From: Octopus sinensis
Lineage: Eukaryota
Assembly (NCBI RefSeq): GCF_006345805.1
Contig: NC_043002.1
Span: 42,718,001-42,782,000 of the forward strand
Direction of reading: 5' to 3'
DNA length: 64,000 nucleotides
Each line of letters begins with the position of its first letter. Within the stretch, counting starts at the first letter, position 1. This document shows, piece after piece, positions 52,383 through 64,000 of this stretch. The notes under the pieces are model-generated. The model worked only from the letters and a program-made list of their open reading frames with translations, did no database searches and was not told the origin of the DNA. A program made the position numbers and the translations under genes.

Positions 52383-52524
52383 TTGGCCTTAATTACTTGG
52401 AGAGACAACCTGTTTAAGCCATTGAACAAGCAGGTCACTAATGCTGTTCTTGCACTTATTAAAAGGGAGAGGCATGGTGAGACTATCAACACCAGATTGG
52501 TTAGTGGTGTCATCAACAGTTATG
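52383..52524 (+). CDS. CUL1: Cullin-1 coding exon 4 (142 nt)
   Basis: ttttatatttcag|[47 protein letters not shown]+G|gttagt; phase 0/1. Not shown in frame in the ORF track. Confidence 0.96.
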
Positions 52525-52769
52525 GTTAGTTTTATTTCTTGTTGTTATTCTTCTTCAGTCTCAAGTCTATTTCCCTGGTTAAATGCATTCATTTATTTTT
52601 ATTTATTATTTATTTTTCATGTATTTTGCACCCTGATTATAATGTGTCTGTTTTTCAACGTGCACCCTTATATACAATTGATGCTAGCATGGAAAAGTGG
52701 ACATACAGTGATACCGCATTTTCTTGCTGTTTAGTCCTGAGATCATATGTGATTTAACAAATATATAAT

Positions 52770-53363
52770 CTGTGGAACCTGTGGAAAGGGTAGACCGAGG
52801 AAGATATGAGATAAGGTGGCAAAGCATGATCTTTCGATGTTGGATCTCATGCAGACAGTGACAAATGATTGAAACTTTTGGCACTTTGCTGTGCTTGAGA
52901 AGACTTATCAACCCAAGTGAAATTGTTGTCATGGACAATGTTGGTGACACATAAAAGGCACCTATGCCAGTGACATGTTAAAGGCACCCAGGCCGATGAC
53001 ACGTAAAAGGTATCTGTGCTGGTGACCCATAAGATGCACCTCTTCTGGTGACACGTAAAAGGCACCCATGCCAGTAACACATAAAAGGCAGTTGTGTCAG
53101 TGACACATACAAGGTACCCTTGCCAGTGGCACATTAAAGGTACCTGTACCAGTGACACGTAAAAAGCATCCATGCTGGTAACACATAAAAGGCACCCACT
53201 ACATTCTTGGAGTGATTGGCAATAGGAAGGGCATTCAGCCATAGAAACCAAGTCACAATCAAGTTGGGGCCTGGTATACCTCCCTGGATTACCATTTCCA
53301 GTCAAACTGTCTAACCCATGTTAGAATGGAAAGTGGATGTGCTAAATGATGATGATGATGATG
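52770..53363 (+). mobile_element. Old RTE LINE 3' end with a degenerate tandem 3'UTR
   Basis: GTCGKGRPRK...AVLEKT, repeated gtgacacgtaaaaggcacc units and a (GAT)n tail. Confidence 0.75.
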
Positions 53364-55252
53364 GTAATCAAAAGCATTCCAGATATGATTGTGCCTTTCT
53401 TTTTTGTACATCTATGACTACATTATCTAATGTGTCTAAAATATGATTTGGCTATTATTTTAGCAGGTCAGACGACCATATAAAGGCTCTTGTAACTGTT
53501 TTAGTTGTTCGTTGAAAAGTTAAAATGAAACTCAGTGTTTTTTCCAATTCAACTATGGTGCAATAATGCTATGACTTCTTTCTATTCAGTATTTTCTTTC
53601 TGTACACTTGTTACCTGGAAAAAATGATAGCCAGTGTTTTTTTTTATATTAAATTTTATGTTTGATGTTTAAATTCATTGAAGTTTAAAAAAAAGACTGA
53701 CTGACTCTCGGGTTTTCTCTTTTGGTTCCAACCCAGCTGAGACTGACATCCCTTAATTTTCTGGGCAAAATGCTTCGCAGCATTTTGTCTGTCTGAGTTC
53801 AAATTCCGCCATGGTTGACTTGGCCCTTCATCGTTTTGGGCTCAATAAAATAAATATTAGTCAAGCACTGGGGTCACTGTAATCAATTTATCCCCTCCCT
53901 TGAAATTACTGGCCTTGTGTCAAAATTTGAAATGAATATTAAGTAAAACCATCAGTTTTATGTAATAGCTTAGTTTTCAGTTTGTAATGCACCAGCTTAA
54001 TGAAAAATGTAATTTTAATAAAATTTTCAAAATTATTGATTATTTTTAATATGTATTGAATGCCTAGGCTTGTATTCATTGGGAATAATGGTCTCAAAAG
54101 GGTTAAGGTTCTATATGAAGTTAGTGAGATTATGAGTTCAAGTTTTGTGTCTCTAAGGGGAAACAATGATATTCTGTTTTCCTTAGTTTGCAAAGCTTAA
54201 AAATAAGCATATCTTCTACTTCCTTAGTTGTTCATAGTTGGGAGATCAGATGATTTAATATGTTCAAATTGTCAGTGGAGAAAAATTTCTGTAAAACTCC
54301 ATTAAAAGATAATTGTATTTGGCTTTCAAGCTTCTACAATACAGTTTTGTCATTTTTTGAAGCTGAATATAACTTGAAAACTATTGTAATTTAAAATAAT
54401 TTAGTTATATTGTATTACGCAGAGATTAAATTTATATAACTTGTCACATTAAAAAAAAGAATCATTTTGAATATCTCCTACTCCTTCTCATTTAATAATG
54501 CTAACAATAATGATAATCCTTCCTGCTATAAGGCACAAGGCCTGAAATTTATGGGAAAGGAGTAAGTTGGTTACAACAGTCCTAGTGTTTAACTGGTACA
54601 TATATCATTGGCTCCAAAAGGCAGAATTTGAACTGAGAATGTAAAGACAGATGAAACGCCACCATGCTAATGATTTTACCAGCTCACTGGCTTACTGCTG
54701 CTGCAGCAGTGGCAGCGGCAACTGACGATGATGATGATGATGATAGTATTGGTTTCAAATTTTGGCACAAAACCAGGAAGTTTTGGGGATGTGGCTAGTC
54801 GATTACATTGACCCCAGTACACAACTAGTACTTATTTCATGAACCTTGAAAGGATGAAAGGCAAAGTTGATCCCGGTGGCATTCAAACACAATGTAAAGA
54901 CAGGCGAAATTCTGTCTTTATTATTATTTCCAGGATAAGAGCAGCTGACTGAATGACTCATTGGAGCATTGTGCAAAATGCTTTACAGTATTTGTTCTGG
55001 CTCTTTACATTATGAGTTCAAATCCTGCCACGGTCAACTCTGCTCTTCATCCTTTCAAGATTGATGAAATAAAGTGCCTGTCAAGTACTGGGAATAAAGG
55101 AAATCAACTAATCCCACTTCCTTTAAAAATTATTGGCTTTGTGTCTAAATTGGAACCCATTGTTATTATTGTAGTTATCATTGTTGTTTTTTATATTCAC
55201 AACTTCATATTCCTCAGAAATTATTAATCATATATTTCGTCTTTTTATATAG

Positions 55253-55416
55253 TGGCACTTGGTTTAAATGAAGATGATCCCTCGGCAAAAGGTCCAACGT
55301 TGAGTGTATACAAGGAACATTTTGAAAGTCCTTTCTTAAGTTACACAGGAAGATTTTACACATGGGAAAGTACAGACTTTTTAGCACACAATCCTGTCAC
55401 TGAATATATGAAAAAG
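55253..55416 (+). CDS. CUL1: Cullin-1 coding exon 5 (164 nt)
   Basis: ctttttatatag|(V)[54 protein letters not shown]|gtattt; phase 1/0. Confidence 0.96.
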
Positions 55417-57639
55417 GTATTTTAACATTTCTTTTTTATATTTTATCGAATATATGTTTTGTTGTAGATGTTAGCTTGCTGATTAAATTCTGTGCTTTGC
55501 TTTCCATTCAACCTTTTACTGGTTTAACAATGTTATAAAAGTTGATTTATTTATAATTCTGTAAAAGTAAGAAGTTGGAAAGTGAGACTGTCTCTCTGCA
55601 TACTTTGTTATTGAATAGATCTATCTGACCAGCTCTGTTGGAGCTCATAGATCCATTAAGCAGTTTTAGCTAACTACATAATGCTTAGGATATTTTGTTA
55701 TTGTGAGGTATGGAGCTGTAAAATCTGTACTGCTCTCTTTATGGGTTTTTGTAGATTTGGTTTATGCTCACAGAAGCTCAGTTTCTTTCTGAATTTTTCT
55801 TTTAGTGTTTATTGTCCTTTATTTCATTCATTGGTGAAGAAAGGGAATATCTGGAGCACTTGATAATTGAACCTAATGTCAGCTGGATGATTGTCAATTC
55901 TTCTTTGTTATATTGCCTCTGAATGATCTTATGCAAAAAGAAAGTTTGCCTCTTTATTATTTATTAAGTGGATGACAGAGAATTCCTTTGTCTCCAGAGT
56001 AATCTCATTCATTTTTGGTTTTACTCATGAAATAATTTGAGCTGTATACTTTAACCCTTTAGCCCTTAAAATGTCCATATATGACCTAAATATTCTACAT
56101 GTTTATATTCAAAGTGGCCAGATCTAATACTGAGAAAAATGGTTATATTAACAAAGACAATTTTTGTACAGTTTCACTTTCTAACTTATTGGCAAAGTAG
56201 TTTTTGTTTATTCTACAACAAGTACAAATGGAATGTAAATTCTTCAAATGGTTGCATCTCCAAGGTAGCTCCTCTCTTCTAAGGTCATTGGAGTGTGCCA
56301 GGTGTCTGTAGAATATGTTTGTTAAAATGGTGAATACACTTGAGACTGGTAAACAAGTTTTAATATTAGATCAATAATATACATTAACTGCTGTGCCTTA
56401 CATGTTTGAGTATATTTATATTGTGATCTTTAACTCTTTTGAGACATAGGGTTTTGGTATGTGTAGCCAAAAAGACCAAAATTTGTTTTCTGTTGAGATA
56501 CATCTACTGAAAGACGTGCTCTGATTAGCTATTACACTTCAAAACCAACCATTCACAACATTTGTTCCATCAGGTTAATGGATCAGCCTCAAATTCCTTT
56601 CAGCTTGTGTCACTTGGACTGATCAATTGGCCTGGGTGAATTTTCTGCATGTTTTAAGACTTTTCATTTGACTCTATTATATCCATAGTTTGGATTTTTT
56701 TCTTTATGTTGAAGAAAATTTTTTTTTTGTAGTTGGATGCCTTTCTTTCTGTTAATTAACTGATATACTAAAGTTTTTTTGTCAGTCGGGCAAAATTTCT
56801 TGTTTGTCTGACAGTTAATACATCTTGTTCTGAGGCACAAATTCATGACTGTTTTAAGATTTGAATGAAGTACTGGTATGTAGTCTGTAGTCCAGCAAAT
56901 TAACTACACTGTGATTCTGTTCCTTATTGCTTAGAATATTGGCTTATATAAATGTGCTCCTTCACTTGGGAAATCGGATTTATGCTGGTCATGTTTTGCT
57001 TGGTTAGGCTGATATCAACATTTGACTTGCAGTTATTGTTCTATCATATGACAAATACCATCTTTGACCATCTGCTACAGGCTACTCGTAGCCAATAATA
57101 GCAAAAAGCAATTTAATACTTTTAGTTTCTGTTTCAAAATGAGGTTTATTTTCATATTGTTAACTCAAACTTGCTTCCAGAAGGGAAAAACAGAAAAAGG
57201 AAGTAACATGGTGAGTGAATGATTGAACATAATATGAATCTAATACTCTCCAGTTGATCAAGTTTCATTAAAGTTTGATATGCTTATTGTTATATAATAT
57301 ATAATTATTTACATAGTATGCTTAGCTGGTTCCTCCCAGATAAACTTGCACCTCAAACAGTTGACACCTATTGCAGTCTGTTATTTCTCAGGTTAGATTT
57401 GATTTTGAGGTTAGCCTGCATTCCATTGATGAAGGCAGTAAGTATTTGAACAAGTGATCAATGTGAGAGCTGCATTGATAATATGATGCTATGCTTTTAG
57501 TTACCCACCTTTGTGGTATTGCCAACTTGAACATGAGATCAGGATAACAGTAACATGGTTAAAGATTTTTGAATCATGTTGATATATATAGCCAAACTAG
57601 CAGCAATAGTGGGCTTGGATTATAAATGATAAAGGCTAT

Positions 57640-57900
57640 ACAGCTAGATCCTTGGAGACAGCAAACACATTCATGTCATGACGCAAATAAGCATATTCTA
57701 TTCTTTTAAGACTGCAATTGTCAAAATACCCCAAATTACAGAAACCCAGTTTGTAAAGAACAGGTTTCACATCCATAAGGAAGAATTGAATGTTTGAGCA
57801 CCATCTGGAACCAGTAAGCTGGTCTTCATGCTGTAAATTAATGTACTTCTTAATCTTGTTCTTGGATTGGAAGGAAAAACCCAAGTAAAACACCCATTCA
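57640..57900 (-). mobile_element. Very degenerate RTE-like ORF2 fragment
   Basis: Minus strand reads SILPYGCETCSL...FDNCSLKRI, compare the RTE motif S.LLYGCETW...FDNRCLRRI. Confidence 0.45.
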
Positions 57901-58988
57901 CTTGTTGCAATTGAGTGTCTCTATTGTGAGATTACATTTCTATTTGCTTGTAAAAGCAAATTGATATGACTTCAATTTGGATGCATTGACCATTGGGTCA
58001 ACTTACTATGAAGATTTTTGTGGGGTTCTCCAGCATGATCTGGTCAAAATTTCAAGAAAAACTCAAAGAATTCAATTCATCATTATAGTTCATTACCTCA
58101 GGTGGTCATACTATATAAGCTTAAGTGGTTACAGTAACCCTAGAGAAATACACTAGATAAATATCCAGCCAGCCAAAAAGTTGTACAGATTGGCTAAAGT
58201 TTGCAACCCTACTAAATGCCACTTTTTTTTTTAGAAAAATCACCCGTACATGGCTGACTTATCTGTAAAAGTTAAGACACAGCCCACACTCTCTTAACAC
58301 AACTATATCCAGAATTAAACACTTCAGCTCATGAAGAAAACTTTTGCTTCTACTATTACTACTACTACTGCTGCTGCTACTAGAGTAGTGACTGCTGTAT
58401 GGGTAAAGTACTGAACAAAATACTTTATAGTATTTGGTTATTTCAGATTTTAAACTTTTCGAGGATTGATGGTATTGTACTAGTCATGTATTAGGGTTAC
58501 TAAATTCAGTTATTTCTTTTCCCAAAATGGGTAGCCTTCTGTCTGTCTTAAGAAATCATGATTATTATTATTGTGGCAGACAATAGGGCAGTATAATTTG
58601 AGGGAAATTTGGCTAATAGTTCTAGCAGTTTGAACATGTAGAAGCTCCCTCATTGGCTTGTAATACAACAGTTGGGTACAAAGGTAAGTTGATTAACAGA
58701 ATCAGTAAAACAACAGACAAAATGACTTGTAGATTTTGGTTATGCTCTCTGTGTTCTGAATTCAAATCCTACTGAAATCATCTTTGCCATTTTCCTTTCT
58801 GGTGTTTATGAAGTGAATACTCATCAAGTACTCTGGGATTGATTGAATCAACTTCATACATCCCTGCAACATTTATGGCCTTGTGCCTATGTTAGAAGCC
58901 ATTACTGTGGCATATACAAGCTGTGACAAGCATTATTTTGTTTAATTTAGAATTAATTATTGTCTCTCTCTCTATCTCTGTATTGTAG

Positions 58989-59151
58989 GCTGAAACTCGT
59001 CTAATGGAAGAGGCCAAACGTGTGCAATTGTATCTTCATGAGAGCACCCAGGATGGATTAGCTAAAATCTGTGAGAAGACCCTAATAGAAAAACATCTTG
59101 ACATATTTCATGTTGAATTTCAAAATTTACTTGATGATGATAAACATACTG
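58989..59151 (+). CDS. CUL1: Cullin-1 coding exon 6 (163 nt); gene continues beyond the window
   Basis: ctctgtattgtag|[54 protein letters not shown]+G|gtgaga. I did not find the expected next exon (DLGRMY...) before 64000. Confidence 0.96.
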
Positions 59152-59217
59152 GTGAGAAATTCTTCATCAATGTTTACTCACTTACATTTATATATGCATA
59201 CGCACACACAGATCCCG

Positions 59218-59271
<54 letters not shown>

Positions 59272-59299
59272 TATACGCGAGTATGTCGATGTATATGTA

Positions 59300-59881
59300 G
59301 GTATGTAGAGTTATGTGTATGTGCATGTATGTGTGTGTATATACAGATTGTAGATGGGTATATATATGTGTGTGTATATATACATATGTATATGTATATG
59401 TATGTGTGTGTACACATATATATATATATATATATATCTATATATGTATATGTGGGTATGTAGAATTATACGTATGTGCATGTGTATATGTATGTATATG
59501 TATGTATATATATATATGTATGTGTATGTGTATGTAGGTATATATATATGTGTGTGTGTGTGTATGTGTGTATATGTATGTATATATGTATATGTATGTA
59601 TATGTGTAGGTGTGGGTATATATATATATATATGTGTGTGTGTGTATATGTATGTGTATATGTATATGTATGTATGTATATATATATGTATATGTATGTG
59701 TAAGTGTATATATATGTGTATATATATGTATATATGTGTATGTGTGAATATATATATGTATACATGTATGTGTGTATGTATGTATGTATATATGTATGTA
59801 TATATATGTGTGTAAGTGTGTGTATATATGTATATGTAAGTGTGTGTGTGTGTGTATGAGTATGTATGTATGTTTGCACAC

Positions 59882-59921
<40 letters not shown>

Positions 59922-60022
59922 GTATGTGTGTGTGTGTGTGTATATGTATGTGTGTGTGTGTATGTGTGTATATGTATATGTATGTGTATGTATGTATGTG
60001 TATATGTATGTATATGTGTATA

Positions 60023-60072
<50 letters not shown>
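59300..60072. repeat. Compound (TA)n/(TG)n/(TATG)n microsatellite, about 770 bp
   Basis: Directly visible; source of the many YI/HT/CV low-complexity ORFs in the track. Confidence 0.98.
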
Positions 60073-60076
<4 letters not shown>

Positions 60077-60166
60077 CAACAATTGAGGGTAAAATTAATT
60101 AATTAATCAATTTCACCAAGTGTTCAGTATGCAAAGGGACCATTTAAGGCGAATTCAAATTATTAC

Positions 60167-60430
60167 ATTATATAAAAGGGCTTAGTAAAATAAATTACTT
60201 TGCCGCATACTGAACTCATTAGAAATAGCAGCTAAAAAAAACATTTATAATTTATAAAACTATTTCTAATACTTAAAGAAAACCTCTCTCATATAGTGTT
60301 TGCAAACACTATATGAGAGAGGTTTTCTTTAAGTATTAGAAATAGTTTTATAAATTATAAATGTTTTTTTTAGCTGCTATTTCTAATGAGTTCAGTATGC
60401 GGCAAAGTAATTTATTTTACTAAGCCCTTT

Positions 60431-60438
<8 letters not shown>
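60167..60438. repeat. Perfect palindrome, 136-bp arms, no spacer
   Basis: Centre GTGTTTG|CAAACAC between 60302 and 60303; arms compared by eye, including the matching A8/T8 runs, with no mismatch found. Confidence 0.97.
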
Positions 60439-60463
<25 letters not shown>

Positions 60464-60477
60464 CGTATATATATATA

Positions 60478-61440
60478 TCATCATCATCATCATCATCATC
60501 ATTAGCGTCCGTTTTCCATGCTAGCATGGGTTGGACGGTTCAACTGGGGTCTGGGGAGCCTGAAGGCTGCACCAGGCCAGTCAGATCTGGCAGTGTTTCT
60601 ACAGCTGGATGCCCTTCCTAACGCCAACCACTCCGAGAGTGTAGTGGGTGATTTTATGTGCCACCGACACAGGTGCCAGACGAGGCTGGCGAACGGCCAC
60701 GCTCGGATGGTGTTTTTATGTGCCACCGACACAGGTGCCAGACGAGGCTGGCAGACGGCCACGCTCGGATGGTGTTTTTATGTGCCACCGACACAGGTGC
60801 CAGATGAGGCTGGCAGGTGCCAGACGAGGCTGGCAGACGGCCACGCTCGGATGGTGTTTTTATGTGCCACCGACACAGGTGCCAGATGAGGCTGGCGGAC
60901 GGCCACGATCGGATGGTGTTTGTTACGTCCCCAAAGCACGGAGGCCAGTCTATGCGGTACTGGCTACGGCCACGTTCGGATGATTTTCTTGTGTGCCACC
61001 GGCACTGGTACCACAAAGATACAAATTCCATTTATGCTCATCTATTTTGATTTGTTTTGATTTGATTTGATTTTCACTTGCCTCAACAGGTCTACACAAG
61101 TGTCACTTGCCTCAACAGGTCTTCACAAGTGTCACAAGAAGGAAGGTATGCACAGGTGGACTGTCTACGTCGCCGGGTCTTCGGATGGTGTCTTTATGTG
61201 CCACCGACACAGGTGCCAGATGTGGCTGGCGAACGGCACGATCGGATGGTTTTCTTGTGTGCCACCGGTACTGGAACCCAAAGATACAAATTCCATTGAT
61301 GTTCATCTATTTTGATTTGGTTTGATTTTCACTTGCCTCAACAGGTCTTCACAAGTGTCACGCGTGTCCTTGTGTGCCACCGGTACTGGAACCACAAAGA
61401 TACAAATTCCATTGATGTCATCTATTTTGATTTGGTTTGA
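60478..61440 (-). mobile_element. RTE 3'UTR copy with tandem 62-bp units and a thrice-repeated module
   Basis: Same family as 34223 and 35758, with several substitutions in the tail. Confidence 0.88.
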
Positions 61441-61487
61441 TATATATATATATATATATATTATGTGTATGTGTGTGTATGTATATG

Positions 61488-61547
<60 letters not shown>

Positions 61548-61549
61548 AT

Positions 61550-63223
61550 AAAAATGAATGAGCTACACTAGTTTGTGAATCCACCTCTGATACGTGGCAC
61601 TTGATCAACAAGGGAGTTCGATGCTGCTGCCCGCATCCGTGTCTCCTGTCGTGAGGTAGGTTCATCTGGGACTCCCAACAAGAAGAGATCCAGTTTAGTT
61701 TTAAAGAAACCCACATCCACACCATGTAAGTCTCTCAGGCATTTAGGGAGGATGTTAAAGAGCTGTGGTCCTCTGAAACCCAAGCTGTTGCAGTATCTGG
61801 ACCTGTATTTTGATGGTGATGTTGGAATCCTTGGCACCACGCAGCGGCGCCCCGTTCTGCGGTTGGAATAACTTTGAATGCCAAAGTTTGGGACAAGACC
61901 CTCCAGGATTTTCCAGATGTATATCACTGCATATCTCTCCCGCCTCCGCTCCAGGGAGAAGAGGTTTAATACCTTCAGTCTTTCCCAGTAGCTGACATTT
62001 TGCATTGAGACGATTTTCTTTGTGTAGCTTCTCTGAGTTGCTTCGAGTTCTGCTGTTTGTTTTATATTGTGTGGTGACCAAAGTTGGGAGCAGTAGTCCA
62101 AGCGGCTGAGGACAAATGTTTTCCATAGGACCATCAGTGTCTCCTTCTCTCTTGTTCTGAAAGTTCGGAGAATCCATCCAGCTAGCCGTCTGCATTTTAT
62201 CACCAGATTAGCAATATGCATTTGGAAAGATGCATCATTGCTCATGTCAATGCCCAGGTCATGCACTGATTTTGACTCAGGGATTGCAATTCTTCCTGGG
62301 CCAGTGTATCCAGTCTTCACGTCATTTACCTTTGTGTGCCAGTAGCGCAGGGCCTGGAACTTACCTGCATTAAACTGCATGTTGTTGTCCTCAGCCCACC
62401 TGTATATTGTGTCCAGCTCATGTTGCAGATGCGCAATATTTTCAGGGTTTTGTATTGCGTGGGAGACTTTTGTGTCATCTGCATAGCTAGCAAGGGTGGT
62501 CATCGTAGCAACTGAAGGCATGTCTGAAAGGGCCACTATGAACATCAGTGGCCCCAAGACAGTGCCCTGTGGGACACCGCTTGTTATTTGCGTTTCCCTG
62601 GAGGTGGCTCCATTGCTCACAACTGCCTGTTTTCTGTCTTTTAGGAAGTTGTGCAGCCACTCTCCAAGTTTCCTGCCTATGCCGAGACCACGCAGTTTGT
62701 GACAGATCATACCATGATCGACTTTATCAAAGGCTTTTGCAAAGTCAAGATATATTACATCCACATTTGAGCCATTTAGTAGCTGTTTCAACACCCAGTC
62801 ATAGTGTTGCAGGAGCTGTGTTAGGCAGCCTCTACCTGGTCGAAATCCATGCTGGGTGTCAGACAATAAGTCATTTTCTTCAAGGAACATGATTAGTTTC
62901 TTACGGACTATTCGTTCCATGACTTTGCTGATGTGTGAGGTCAGAGAGATAGGCCTATAATTTTTAGCATCTGCTCTGCTACCTCCCTTATGGATAGGGC
63001 ATATTACCCCCTCTTTCAGTTTGACTGGGAGCTTACCACTTGCAAGAAAGCTCTGAAAAAGAAGCTGTAGCGGTTTTGCAAGGGCTCGTTTGCATGATTT
63101 GAGAAGGATCGCTGGGAATCCATCAGGTCCAGCAGCTGAGTTTGTGTCAATCTCATCAATGGCTAGTGTGATATCATCTTCTTCGATGTTGATGTACTCA
63201 ATTTTTGTCTCTTTGGCCGCTGG
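61550..63223 (-). mobile_element. 5'-truncated CR1/L2-group LINE with an uninterrupted RT reading frame (about 551 aa)
   Basis: Motifs AAGPDGFP, NYRPISLTS, QHGFRPGR, YLDFAKAFDKVDH, SGVPQGTVLGP, YADDTK and a CR1-like C-terminus (GPQLFNILP...LDLFL..VPDEP). Stop at 61568-61570, very short 3'UTR, (TA)n at both ends, no endonuclease domain. Confidence 0.95.
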
Positions 63224-63389
63224 TATATATATATATATATATGTGTATGTATGTATATGTATATGTATATGTATATGTGTATGTATTTGTATGTGTATGC
63301 ATGCGCGTATATATATGTATGTATATGTATACGTGTGGGTGTGTGTATGTGTATGTATGTATGGATGTATGTATGTATGTATGCGTGTA

Positions 63390-63668
63390 TTGCCAGCCTC
63401 GCCTGGCCCTCGTGCCGGTGGCACATAAAAAGCACCATCCGTTCGTGGCCGTTTGCCAGCTCTGTCTGGCACCAGTGCGGGTGGCACGTAAAAAGCACCC
63501 ACTACACTCACGGAGTGGTTGGCGTTAGGAAGGGCATCCAGCCGTAGAAACACTGCCAGATTTGACTGGGCCTGATGAAGCCTTCTGGCTTCACAGACCC
63601 CAGTAGAACCGTCCAACCCATGCTAGCATGGAAAACGGACGCTAAATGATGATGATGATGATGATGAT
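63390..63668 (+). mobile_element. RTE 3'UTR copy with (GAT)n tail
   Basis: Near-identical to the reverse complement of 7722-7995. Confidence 0.85.
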
Positions 63669-63669
63669 G

Positions 63670-63718
<49 letters not shown>

Positions 63719-64000
63719 TTGTATGTAGGTGTATATGTATGTGTGTATAGATATTTATTGGTGTATATGTATAGACTAGCCTTCTAAGAGTGTAGACATG
63801 AATCTGTAGGTACGCGTACGTATGTGTATATACGTGAATGTATGTAGATGTATGTATGTATGAATATAACGCGTGCGTGCATGTATGCGTATGAGTGTAC
63901 GAATAAGTGAGTGTGCGTGCTAATGAGTGTGCGTGCGTGAATGAGTGCTTGTTTTCAAGTAGAAAGATAAATGGACTTGCTGTCATAGCCAAGATGCTTG

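Noticed and set aside
55417-55425. Second U12 intron (donor GTATTTTAA)
   Set aside because: It lacks the CC of GTATCCTT, and the acceptor has a normal pyrimidine tract with no TCCTTRAC branch site, so it is U2-type.
59178-60102. Long His/Thr/Tyr/Ile- or Cys/Val-rich ORFs
   Set aside because: Translations of dinucleotide and tetranucleotide microsatellite.
61568-63616. 682-aa ORF as a chimeric RT fusion protein (RTE-UTR peptide, HT/YI linker, CR1 RT)
   Set aside because: The listed start is TTG with an in-frame TAG three codons upstream. The first true in-frame ATG is inside the RT domain (KVMER). The first 131 aa are antisense repeat and microsatellite, so the read-through is fortuitous.

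Overview
AT-rich, intron- and repeat-rich animal genomic DNA. The SINE, RTE and microsatellite landscape matches my recollection of Octopus (coleoid cephalopod) genomes; this is an inference, not a database result. The only host gene I can support is cullin-1 (CUL1) on the + strand, with six coding exons (38333-38475, 42174-42348, 44361-44528, 52383-52524, 55253-55416, 58989-59151) encoding about the first 318 aa in one open spliced frame. The gene continues past the right edge, and its non-coding 5' exon(s) lie upstream of 38197. The first coding intron is a minor-spliceosome (U12-type) GT-AG intron. The rest is mostly tRNA-derived SINEs of three families, RTE, CR1/L2, R4/Dong and I/Jockey-like LINE fragments, mariner, hAT and TTAA-flanked MITEs, and long microsatellites. 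Nearly all ORFs in the supplied track are spurious (microsatellite or repeat translations, some with non-ATG starts). The most unusual structures are fold-backs: a perfect 272-bp zero-spacer palindrome (60167-60438), a near-identical inverted pair of RTE 3' ends (34223-36077), a ~170-bp-arm hairpin (32227-32605) and a head-to-head mariner. There is also a young CR1-type RT fragment nested in (TA)n microsatellite. I found no clearly new multi-gene system.
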